Translations under genes and position numbers: made by a program
Part shown: one piece after another, positions 8,422 to 16,341 of the stretch
Position numbering within the stretch: the first letter of the stretch is position 1
Layout of the letters: each line of letters starts with the position of its first letter
From: Schaalia meyeri
GTDB lineage: Bacteria > Actinomycetota > Actinomycetes > Actinomycetales > Actinomycetaceae
Assembly (NCBI RefSeq): GCF_900105015.1
Contig: NZ_FNLK01000012.1
Span: forward strand, 270,001 to 302,000
Direction of reading: 5' to 3'
Length of the DNA stretch: 32,000 nt
Notes under the pieces: model-generated
Told to the model about the DNA's origin: nothing
What the model saw: only the letters and a program-made list of their open reading frames with translations
The model's database searches: none

Positions 8422-8470
8422 GAGATCCCCTGGTTTTCCGCAGGATCCTGCGGAAAACCAGGGGATCTCA
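8421..8470. other. Perfect 50-nt palindrome filling the junction between cas2 and the array; possible bidirectional transcription block or leader-like element
   Basis: TGAGATCCCCTGGTTTTCCGCAGGA / TCCTGCGGAAAACCAGGGGATCTCA, with 25-nt arms and no mismatch. Its first 2 nt are the last 2 nt of the final repeat. It ends 1 nt before the cas2 stop codon (8472-8474). Confidence 0.6.
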
Positions 8471-8471
8471 G

Positions 8472-8807
8472 TCAGAAAATCATGAGCTGCTCGGGGCTTC
8501 CAGCTTCCTTCCGGGGCTTCGCGTTCTCAAAACGAAGCCCCGTGGCCCACTGCCGGTCCGTTAAAGCCAATACTCGCACCTGGCCCCCCTCCGGTAGGTG
8601 AGTCTTGATCGCACGCAGCGTCGCATGGTCCTGCCCACCGGTCGGCCAATACTTCACGTACACACTGAACTGGACCATACAAAAACCCCAATCCAGCAAA
8701 TCATGACGGAACCTAGTTGCCTCGCGTCGCTGCCGCTTCGTCTCCACCGGAAGATCGAACATCACCAAGCACCACATTGCGTCATCCGCCATCTCACTCA
8801 CCCACAC
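8472..8807 (-). CDS. cas2: CRISPR-associated endoribonuclease Cas2
   Basis: The 111-aa ORF has the Cas2 N-terminal beta-strand motif WCLVMFDLPVETKRQRREATRFRHDLLDWGF and lies immediately downstream of cas1. The start at 8807 overlaps cas1 by 14 nt. An alternative ATG at 8792 sits just after the cas1 stop. Confidence 0.9.
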   Translation of the reverse strand: MWVSEMADDAMWCLVMFDLPVETKRQRREATRFRHDLLDWGFCMVQFSVYVKYWPTGGQDHATLRAIKTHLPEGGQVRVLALTDRQWATGLRFENAKPRKEAGSPEQLMIF

Positions 8808-9711
8808 CTACCGCCGAGGGCCCCTGCCACGACACCACACGCAGACGATCCACGTCCCCCTCCACGTACCGTCCAAACGACTGCGCCAGAGACTCAGCCA
8901 CAGCAGGAATCCCATGTCCTTCCGCGTCAAAGCGCTGCGACGCTGCCGCTACCAGAAGCCGTTTCACCTCGCGATCCGACGGGGAAGCCGTGGACGGAAG
9001 CTGCAGGGCGACCTCATCGATTGCTGGCCTAAAAGGTTCGATCAGATCGTCCGCCAACGCAAATGCGTTACCCCGCCCCTTGTGGAAAACACCGAGTGCG
9101 GGTGCAAGACCAGCAGCCAGTACAGCTCTCATCAGGTGCCCACGCAGCACCGAGTATCCATAATCCAGGCACGCGTTTGCGCCAATCAGCTGACCCGCTG
9201 CAGGCTGACGCCCAACTCCCCGACCAAGAGTGCGCGACCAATACAGGCGAGCCGCCTTGGCCTCGACATTGCCGGGATCACCCGAACGAACCTGATCTGC
9301 TAACGCCAGTAGTTCACCGCCACCTCGAATCTTCAGATTTGCCAGAACACTCGCCTGTCCCTCAATCTTCGCTCTGATGAGGCGTGCCCACGCGTTTTTC
9401 TTTCGCGGCAACGACACCTCCGCCTGTGCCCGGTGGCGGGCTGCTACCCGCCCGTGATCGGACCACGAGTAGCAGCCGCCCTCCGGGATCCCCCTCCAAT
9501 CACAGAAGAGCACAGCGATGTCAGCCTCTGACAAGCGATGTAGCACGGCAGCACTCAGCCCCACCCGCATTCCAATAAGGACGACAGCAACCTCAGCGAC
9601 AGGCACGACCGTCGGCGACCCTTCATCAGGACAAACCTCCACACCACCTCGCACGGATCGAAGTTCTCCCTCAAAGCCACACAGGTCAATGACGCGCCAC
9701 TGCTCGGCCAT
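8794..9711 (-). CDS. cas1: CRISPR-associated endonuclease Cas1 (type II)
   Basis: The 305-aa ORF carries Cas1 blocks ...ANACLDYGYSVLRGHLMRAVLAAGLAPALGVFHKGRGNAFALADDLIEPFRPAIDE... It starts 6 nt after the cas9 stop. Confidence 0.93.
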   Translation of the reverse strand: MAEQWRVIDLCGFEGELRSVRGGVEVCPDEGSPTVVPVAEVAVVLIGMRVGLSAAVLHRLSEADIAVLFCDWRGIPEGGCYSWSDHGRVAARHRAQAEVSLPRKKNAWARLIRAKIEGQASVLANLKIRGGGELLALADQVRSGDPGNVEAKAARLYWSRTLGRGVGRQPAAGQLIGANACLDYGYSVLRGHLMRAVLAAGLAPALGVFHKGRGNAFALADDLIEPFRPAIDEVALQLPSTASPSDREVKRLLVAAASQRFDAEGHGIPAVAESLAQSFGRYVEGDVDRLRVVSWQGPSAVGVGE

Positions 9712-9717
9712 GCCAGA

Positions 9718-12700
9718 TCACTCCAAAATAGTTGTAACTGGGAGTGAGGAACTTGGTCGATGACGCTCCTCGCCCAAGCAATTTCGCCTCACAACGTAAA
9801 CACCGCCCGCCCCGAAAAGAACGTTAACTGCAGGAAGCCAGCCGGGCGTGTCAACAGTCTTGATTATTGCTTCCGTCGTTGCCTCAACTCCAAGTCGCGC
9901 GGCTTGTTTTTCATCAACGAACCCTTCTTTCGAGAGACATAGCGGTTTAATCCGTAGCCTTGACGGGGTCTTGAAGCCCGCTACTCTCCAGCTCGTCGTC
10001 TCCGGATACCGAGCCAATACATCACCGACGAACCCACCTGTGTATTTGCTGGTATCGATCCGGAGTTCATCTCCCTCAACCAACCATCCGATCTGAGTCG
10101 CCGTCCCTTCCGCGAGCGCCTTGCGAATCTTCGGTTCTGCGGTCCGCATGGAGATGGTTGATGGCTTTAGCGGAGTTGTGAAAAGATCCTGGCTCTTCAA
10201 ACGCAACAAATCAACCTGGAAAACCCGGACCATCGCATACGTAGCCTTCTTTCCATCGATTCGATAGATTCGTGCGTGGTGAATCGCGCTACCGAGCTCC
10301 GCGTAACCGCCCCGAACCTTCAGACAGGCTGCGGAAGAACCAAAAAAGTTCAACAAATCGGTCGGAGCAACACGGGTTCCATTCACCGAAATCACGCGGT
10401 GCGGATCCTCTGGTAGCCCCTTTTGGGGATCAAAGTCGGGACAGCGGGTAAGCGCTGTCCACAGGGCCGGCGTCTCAGCCCTGTCGATCAGTTCGACGGG
10501 CAGTGCAGATCCGAGAGGATACTGTTCACCGCACACCTTTGTGGGGATCTGCTCACCTTCTGGGGTCCTGGAAGGGCAGAAAGAATGGACCGTCGCGTCA
10601 TGAACAACACTCGAGCCGACGCGCAGGCGAATGTTCTCCACAAATGGAATCGCATTTTCGCTCAACATGATGTTGAATAGCTCAACTGCGCGCAGCATCG
10701 ACTCCCGCCAGGCTTCGAAGCGCTGCGTTGCTTCTCCGGGCTTCCCACAGAAGTTCTTCCACGTTTCTTCGCGCCCCGTCAGGCGCTGCGCATCACGCAT
10801 ATTCAGCCGCAGTGCCAGCGTTCGCGACACCGATGGGTTCATCAGCGCGATCACCAGGGCGTCCATGGCGTGATGACGCCGATCAAAGCGCGTTTTACCA
10901 CGCCCGCCGATGAGGTTCACACGGTTCTCAAACCCCGAGGCCTTCCTCGCCTCGGCCGTCAGCTGACCACGGTACACACCCACGCTGGGCACGGTTGATT
11001 CATTCCGTTTGCGATAGTGTCCCTCGATACGCGTCCGCAGCTCGACCGCCATCCAGGCAACCGACTCCATCGAACGCCCGTCAAACTCCTCGTCGAGCTT
11101 AGTGGACTTGAGGCGCGCCGAAACCTCACGCTTCAACTGCTTCAACTGCTTCGAAGACATGCCGCTCTCTTGCTTCCACATCCTGACACGCTCGAGAGCC
11201 CCCTTCAGGGAAACCCCCTCATTTGTGTCCTCAGACGAGGCCCATACCGCAAAAGGGATCGCACCCTTCTTGTGGTTGCACGTTCGGCACACTGCGGCCA
11301 GGTTAGAGCGGTCATTCGTTGACGACCCATCAGCACGAGGAACAATATGATCCATTTCAGCCGTCTCATAGGTGATCATGGTGCCGCAATACAGACACTG
11401 ACAATCCTGCCTCTGGAGTGCAAAATAGCGGATATTATCGGAACGACGGGTCTTCCCTGAAATGCCGAGCTGCGCCGTCATTTCGGCAACCGCTGCCGCG
11501 TTAGCCTTCCGACGACGCTCATTAGCCCGCATCAGCTCACGAGCAACTCTTTCCGAGCCCAGTCCATCACGCGCATGCTCGATATTGATGACCGTCGGCT
11601 CGCCCCAGCGATCCGTGGCTGCGTGGAGCCAACGACTCACCTGCTTCAGCACGCGGTCGACCGCAGGATTACCCGTCGGCGCTCCGATCTCTTCGACAGG
11701 AGGCCTCCAGTCGTTCCCACCGGGGAACTCCAGACAACGCGCTGTGTGTAGATCAACGCCCTCAGTCAACATCCTTTCTGTCAACCGCCGCAGGCTATCC
11801 AGCGAATATGCCGCCCGCCCCTGCGGCAGCGCGATCTTCTCGAATTCGAGCTGGTCTTGCTCGGAGGCCCGCTCAAACAGCTCCGCAGCCTCATCGTTGA
11901 CGTCGGTCGTATCCTCAGACCCTCCGGAGTTCGAGAACGCGTCCACCACGTACCCGCGTTGCTCCTCGTCTGCTTCCTTCCACCATTCCTTGAGCCACTT
12001 GACCTTGCATGCCATGATCTTCTCAGTGGTGACATCGGTCGGAGGCCTGCGCAACACGGGCGAGTTATCGAACGAAGCCTTTGCCGTACCCCGCAGATCT
12101 GCGCGCTCAATGCCCAGGTTATCCGCCAGGTCCTGCCACGTAATCTCCTGCTTTAGGCCTGCGACCATCAGGTAGTCGGTAAGCCCTTGGAGTTCGTCAG
12201 GAGTCAGAGGGCGTTCCACACGCCCCTCACGGATACGCAGGTTCGCCAGCACGCTAACGATGCGGAACTTTTGGAACGCCGGGTGCGCCTTTTCAGCGCG
12301 CACGTGCCCGCTTTGCCCGGGCAGCTCGTCATATCCAACCAAGCCCCGTTCCTTCGCGCTCCCCTTCGGAGACTTCGCCTCGAAAACGGCACAGATCAGT
12401 CGATCCCGATCATCGGGCGATATCTTTTGGATGTCGCAGATACGGCGAATCTCTGCTGCGTTATCTGATTGGTGGAGCTTCCCCGCAAGAATTCCCTTCG
12501 GTCCCCTAAGTTTGGGGGTACCCGCCTTTGCGGCGTAATCCGGGTGCGCCAGATACGCATCCACCAGCTGCCCGGGAGCCGTGTCGGCGGCAAAGTTCCT
12601 GCCGAGAGCGGTGCTGATGCGCTCGTTCAATCCCATGAGGAAATCACTCGGTTCGGTGGGCTGAAGCAAGGTCCGCACATTCGCGTAAGGATTACGCCAA

Positions 12701-13134
12701 CCGCGGTGTCGGGCGATGTGGCGCAACGCGATCGATAATGCCTTCTGCCTCTCCTCATCGTCCGCCACATAGCCCTCTAGCAACCGCGCACGGACATGCC
12801 ACGGCTCGAGAGGATCCTTAAACCGTGATAGATCGAGGATCGGCCAACCAAACTCCTTAGCCAAAACCCGATCCAGGTTAGACAGGCGTTGACGCCTGGT
12901 GAGGTAGAGCCGACGCGTCCGGCGGGCGACCCCCGCAGTAAGCTTGCGGCTCTTCGCAGCCTTGTTCTCGTTTGGATCAACGCCAGCGTCGTGGATGAAA
13001 ACCATTGAATTTAGGAGCCTCACCGGCTGATCGCGCTGGTCGACTTCGACCGCGCAGAAACCGATGGAGCGAAGGCCGACATCAATACCGACGCGGTAGC
13101 GGATACCCCGGATGTTTTCTGAAGAAGCACTCAT
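9718..13134 (-). CDS. cas9: Type II-C CRISPR-associated endonuclease Cas9 (1138 aa)
   Basis: RuvC-I is RVGIDVGLRSIGFCAV (Asp18). HNH is EMDHIVPRADGSSTNDRSNLAAVCRTCNHKKG. RuvC-III is RRHHAMDALVIALM. The blocks HIARHRGWRNPY, GILAGKLHQSDNA, IHHARIYRIDGKK..YAMVRVF and the C-terminus LPVTTILE match my recollection of Actinomyces naeslundii Cas9. It is followed only by cas1 and cas2, with no csn2 or cas4. Confidence 0.97.
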   Translation of the reverse strand: MSASSENIRGIRYRVGIDVGLRSIGFCAVEVDQRDQPVRLLNSMVFIHDAGVDPNENKAAKSRKLTAGVARRTRRLYLTRRQRLSNLDRVLAKEFGWPILDLSRFKDPLEPWHVRARLLEGYVADDEERQKALSIALRHIARHRGWRNPYANVRTLLQPTEPSDFLMGLNERISTALGRNFAADTAPGQLVDAYLAHPDYAAKAGTPKLRGPKGILAGKLHQSDNAAEIRRICDIQKISPDDRDRLICAVFEAKSPKGSAKERGLVGYDELPGQSGHVRAEKAHPAFQKFRIVSVLANLRIREGRVERPLTPDELQGLTDYLMVAGLKQEITWQDLADNLGIERADLRGTAKASFDNSPVLRRPPTDVTTEKIMACKVKWLKEWWKEADEEQRGYVVDAFSNSGGSEDTTDVNDEAAELFERASEQDQLEFEKIALPQGRAAYSLDSLRRLTERMLTEGVDLHTARCLEFPGGNDWRPPVEEIGAPTGNPAVDRVLKQVSRWLHAATDRWGEPTVINIEHARDGLGSERVARELMRANERRRKANAAAVAEMTAQLGISGKTRRSDNIRYFALQRQDCQCLYCGTMITYETAEMDHIVPRADGSSTNDRSNLAAVCRTCNHKKGAIPFAVWASSEDTNEGVSLKGALERVRMWKQESGMSSKQLKQLKREVSARLKSTKLDEEFDGRSMESVAWMAVELRTRIEGHYRKRNESTVPSVGVYRGQLTAEARKASGFENRVNLIGGRGKTRFDRRHHAMDALVIALMNPSVSRTLALRLNMRDAQRLTGREETWKNFCGKPGEATQRFEAWRESMLRAVELFNIMLSENAIPFVENIRLRVGSSVVHDATVHSFCPSRTPEGEQIPTKVCGEQYPLGSALPVELIDRAETPALWTALTRCPDFDPQKGLPEDPHRVISVNGTRVAPTDLLNFFGSSAACLKVRGGYAELGSAIHHARIYRIDGKKATYAMVRVFQVDLLRLKSQDLFTTPLKPSTISMRTAEPKIRKALAEGTATQIGWLVEGDELRIDTSKYTGGFVGDVLARYPETTSWRVAGFKTPSRLRIKPLCLSKEGFVDEKQAARLGVEATTEAIIKTVDTPGWLPAVNVLFGAGGVYVVRRNCLGEERHRPSSSLPVTTILE

Positions 13135-13176
13135 AAGCTAATAGTGGCACAACCCACACACGTTTGGGTGCATTTC

Positions 13177-13292
13177 AAAAAAACCGGGCCCCTCACGAGG
13201 AGGAACCCGGCCTACTGCAAAGCAGTGGAGCATTCGGAGCCGCTAACGAGGCGACCCTTACTGAGAATCAATCACTCAGAGCATACCACTGG
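13177..13292 (-). ncRNA. Predicted tracrRNA; the 5' end is approximate
   Basis: The minus strand reads ...CCAGUGGUAUGCUCUGAGUGAUUGAUUCUCAGUAAGGGUCGCCUCGUUAGCGGCUCCGAAUGCUCCACUGCUUUGCAGUAGGCCGGGUUCCUCCUCGUGAGGGGCCCGGUUUUUUU. Positions 13260-13275 are complementary to repeat nt 1-16 (14 Watson-Crick pairs plus 2 G:U). A UAAGG nexus-like hairpin (GGUCGC/GCGGCU) follows, then a second hairpin (ACUGC-UUU-GCAGU), then a GC-rich terminator hairpin with U7 (13177-13183). Confidence 0.7.
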
Positions 13293-13400
13293 AACATGTG
13301 ATGCACAAGCCACACTGAACATCGATTTCTCGCCACCCGACCCCACCCCCTCCCGCGCGCCATTACGACACAATCGGCACGATGCTGAAACAATGGGGGC

Positions 13401-14783
13401 ATGTCGAATGACTCGCGTGAGAACCTGCACGGTACCGAAGGCCGGGAGTTGGCCGACCTGACGGCCGCCACCGGGCGAGCCGCCTCGGAGCATGCCCACC
13501 GGGCAGAGTCTGCCCCCCTGGCAGAGTCGACCCGTCAGGCAGGGGCGGCCCCCCGGACACGGCACGCCCTCGCAGAGGGCGCCGCGGACTCGTCGGTGGA
13601 GGGGGCGGCGGGGTCACCCGCATCGGCCGCCACCACCCCGGACGCAACCGAATCGACCGCTGCTACGTCGTCCGAGGCAGCGCCGACCACGACCGCGCGG
13701 CCCGCCGACACTCAGGACAAGGTCGCCCTCACCCCGCTCCGGTCCCACCTGCCCGCCGCCGAGCCTCGCCCCTGGTACCGTTCCCGCCGATCCTTTAGCG
13801 CAAAGGGCCGCGGCGGCCGAGTCCAGGTCGCCGGCCTGGGCCTGACGTACACGGATCACGAGACGGGCGCGGTGCTGCTGGCGGACGTGGACCTCGGTTT
13901 CCGCGCGCGCACGCTGAGCGCCATCGTGGATCCGACGGGCGTCAGGGCGCGCGCGTTATTTCTGATCCTGGCCGGCCTTGAGGAACCCCAGGCCGGCCGC
14001 GTCGTCGCGGCACCCTCCCGGTCGTTGGCCGCGCGTCTCGCTGGGCGCATCGGGTCGGTCGCCCTGGTCCGAGCCGACTCCCCCCTCGACGAATCCCTGA
14101 CGATCCGCCAGAACATCCTGGCGCCCCTGTCCGCGACGGGATCGGTAGCCGACTGGGACAGCCTCGTGGGCGCGCTCAGGGTGACCGGCCTGGCCCAGCG
14201 CGTCGATGTCCACCCCTCACAGCTGTCACAGTGGGAGCGCTTCAAGGCCCTCATCGCCCGCGCGATCGTTTCGGGCGCCGAGGTCTTCCTCATCGAAGAC
14301 CCCGTCTCCCTGCCCAAGCCCGACCGCGCCAAGCTGGATTCGCTGCTGCGCTCCCTCGCCTCGGCCGGATGCGCGGTCGTCCTGTCCACGCCGGACACCC
14401 AGGTCGCGGCCGCCACCGACCGCGCGATCCTCCTCACGAACGGCCTCGTCGCCCTGGACGCCCCCGGTCCCTCCGTCGCAATCATCACCACCTCCCTGGA
14501 GGCAAACCCCGAGGACCCCCAGGCTCTCCTCGGGCCCACCCGGACCAAAGAGTCCGACGATCAGGGCTATCTCCCCCGGGAAACAGGAGCGGACGCGGCG
14601 CCCCAGAGCGCATCCGAGGCGGCGCAGACCCCTGGCGAGCCGCGCACCGAGACCGCGCTGCGCGGCATCCCCGTCGTCGAGGCCGAGGAACAGCCCCTGG
14701 ACGAACCGGAAGTCTCCGAACTGGTAGTTCGCGCTCGTCAGATCCTCTCTGACCTGCCCGGATCAATCGCGCCCCGGGAGTAA
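13401..14783 (+). CDS. ABC-transporter ATPase-like protein with degenerate catalytic motifs and disordered N- and C-terminal tails
   Basis: The central region aligns by eye to an ABC nucleotide-binding domain. Walker A is AIVDPTGVRARALFLILAGL instead of GxxGxGKST. The signature is LSQWERFKALIARAI instead of LSGGQ. Walker B is VFLIEDP. The H-loop position reads STP instead of TH. No permease gene is adjacent. Confidence 0.6.
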   Translation: MSNDSRENLHGTEGRELADLTAATGRAASEHAHRAESAPLAESTRQAGAAPRTRHALAEGAADSSVEGAAGSPASAATTPDATESTAATSSEAAPTTTARPADTQDKVALTPLRSHLPAAEPRPWYRSRRSFSAKGRGGRVQVAGLGLTYTDHETGAVLLADVDLGFRARTLSAIVDPTGVRARALFLILAGLEEPQAGRVVAAPSRSLAARLAGRIGSVALVRADSPLDESLTIRQNILAPLSATGSVADWDSLVGALRVTGLAQRVDVHPSQLSQWERFKALIARAIVSGAEVFLIEDPVSLPKPDRAKLDSLLRSLASAGCAVVLSTPDTQVAAATDRAILLTNGLVALDAPGPSVAIITTSLEANPEDPQALLGPTRTKESDDQGYLPRETGADAAPQSASEAAQTPGEPRTETALRGIPVVEAEEQPLDEPEVSELVVRARQILSDLPGSIAPRE

Positions 14784-14875
14784 GGCCCGGGTCTCTGCGA
14801 GCGGGCTTTCTTCGTGAGACACTAGGCGTATTAGGCGAGGCAGCACCTCGTTCATCCGCACGCGCAGGAGTCCCC

Positions 14876-15325
14876 ATGACACAGCCCACCCCGCAGCCCG
14901 GGAAGTACTCGCCACCCTCAGACCCCGCACGCGGCGACCGCGGGGCGCGCCCCAGCATCGGCACCCTCTTCGCATCCGTGACCAGCCAGCTCTCCGGCAT
15001 CGTGCGCGACGAGATCGAGCTGAACAAGACAAAGCTCATCGCGTTCCTCTCCAGGAGCGGCAAGGGCGCATTTCTCCTGGGTGCGGCCGCCGTCTTCGCC
15101 CTCTTCCTGCTGGGGTGGACCCTCCACACCATCGAGATCGCCCTGTCACTCGTGCTGCCCGCATGGGCATCGTCACTCATCATCGTCGGGATCCTCCTCC
15201 CGATCGTCCCGATCCTGGCGCTCCTGGGCATCCGCTCCCTGAAGAGCGCCCAGGAATACCGTCCCGACCCGGCCGCGTCGATCACCGCCACCAAGAAAGC
15301 CATCGAGAAGGGACTGGGCAAGTGA
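14876..15325 (+). CDS. Actinobacterial holin-X (holin superfamily III) family membrane protein
   Basis: 149 aa. The pattern SIGTLFASVTSQLSGIVRDEIELNKTKL... is followed by two long hydrophobic helices. AGGAG lies 7 nt upstream of the ATG. Confidence 0.75.
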   Translation: MTQPTPQPGKYSPPSDPARGDRGARPSIGTLFASVTSQLSGIVRDEIELNKTKLIAFLSRSGKGAFLLGAAAVFALFLLGWTLHTIEIALSLVLPAWASSLIIVGILLPIVPILALLGIRSLKSAQEYRPDPAASITATKKAIEKGLGK

Positions 15326-15762
15326 GCACCAACATCGACCCGCGCAACGTGACCGTCAGCGCCCCCGCCACCTCCCCACGGGATCCCGATCCTCGCACCG
15401 AGGCACAGGTCACCGCCGACTTGGAGCGCAGGCGAGCCGAACTGGCCGCCACGATTGACCAGCTCTACACACGCGTCCAACCGGCAGCCCTGGCGCAGGA
15501 CGTAAAGGATAGCGTCACGGCACGCCTGGCCTCCTTCAAGGAAACCGCATCGCTCACCTTGCAGGAAGCGGCCGAAGGCGACACCGAGGCCCTCAGGCGC
15601 GTCGGCATCGTCGCGCTCTCCGCCGTCGGCGCGCTCGGAGCGATCGCGTGGCTGGTGACCCGCCCGGCCCGACGCTCGCGCCGCCAGGCCCGCCGAACCG
15701 GGCGCGAGGCGGCCGCGCTGGTGCTCTCCGCCCTCGCATCGAACGAGTCCGGCACTCGATAA
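15322..15762 (+). CDS. DUF3618-family protein with a C-terminal membrane anchor
   Basis: The GTG start overlaps the upstream stop (GTGA). The sequence VSTNIDP...EAQVTADLERRRAELAATIDQLYTRVQPAALAQDVKD... has a coiled-coil character typical of DUF3618 and pairs with holin-X genes. The track ORF 15115-15762 is the same frame extended to an upstream start. Confidence 0.7.
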   Translation: MSTNIDPRNVTVSAPATSPRDPDPRTEAQVTADLERRRAELAATIDQLYTRVQPAALAQDVKDSVTARLASFKETASLTLQEAAEGDTEALRRVGIVALSAVGALGAIAWLVTRPARRSRRQARRTGREAAALVLSALASNESGTR

Positions 15763-16062
15763 CAGCCTCGCCCGGACGCGCCTCACCCGCCAAGGCGTGC
15801 CCGGGAAAGGTGAAACCGACAATCCGACTGCACCCACACTCACAGCGCAGCACCGTAACTCCGGTCACAGACCGACGCGCAACGGCCACATTTCCCGGAC
15901 TTTGCACGCATCTGACACACCCCGGCCGATCCGCTATCCGCGCAAAATCCAGTCCAAGGTGAGGTCAAGGCCCGTCATTAGCTATGATGGTCCCACGAAA
16001 CACTTTGAACACCCAGGGAACCGCTTGACGCGGACCCGAACGACGCGGAGGGGGTCGACGCC

Positions 16063-16341
16063 ATGGGGCGCGGCCGTCAAAAGGCTAAGCAGATGAAAGT
16101 CGCTCGGAAGCTGAAGTACTTCAGCCCCGACACCGACCTAAACGCACTTCAGCGCGAGCTGGCGGATGAGGACTCGCACACGGCGCACGCCGCCGTGGAC
16201 GAGCCCGAAGAGGACGATGCAATCGACGACGACCTCTATTCGAAATACGCCGACTTCGCGAACATCCCGGCAGAGGACGACGACATCGACCCGAAACAGC
16301 TCGACGAGTCCTTCTGGACGGGTGAATCCTCCTCCAAGTAA
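16063..16341 (+). CDS. DUF3073-family small acidic protein
   Basis: The N-terminus MGRGRQKAKQMKVARKLKYFSP is the conserved actinobacterial DUF3073 signature. The C-terminus is acidic. Confidence 0.8.
   Translation: MGRGRQKAKQMKVARKLKYFSPDTDLNALQRELADEDSHTAHAAVDEPEEDDAIDDDLYSKYADFANIPAEDDDIDPKQLDESFWTGESSSK

Larger units (their letters stand above)
4638..8422 (+). CRISPR. Type II-C CRISPR array, 37 repeat units and 36 spacers, interrupted by an IS. The strand given is the inferred crRNA strand.
   Basis: The 36-nt repeat is GCTGGGAATCAATCACCAATCCCCTTTGATATACTG. There are 33 identical copies starting at 6338, 6402, ... 8387 (period 64 throughout, with one 65). One more intact copy is at 4766-4801. 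One copy is split by the IS (4830-4851 plus 6288-6309). Two decayed copies are at 4702-4737 (30/36 identical) and 4638-4673 (20/36 ungapped). All spacers are unique: 35 are 28 nt and one is 29 nt (6630-6658). Confidence 0.97.

Noticed and set aside
13144-13647. Several short ORFs (13144-13461 plus strand; 13268-13471, 13272-13565 and 13363-13647 minus strand) between cas9 and the next gene. I considered these as possible small accessory or anti-CRISPR genes.
   Set aside because: They cover the predicted tracrRNA and the divergent promoter region, or overlap the 13401 gene. None has a ribosome-binding site or coding-like composition.
14485-15843. 452-aa minus-strand ORF
   Set aside because: It is antisense to the 3' end of the ABC-like gene and to the holin-X and DUF3618 genes. 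It is Arg/Gly/Pro-rich with no motifs.
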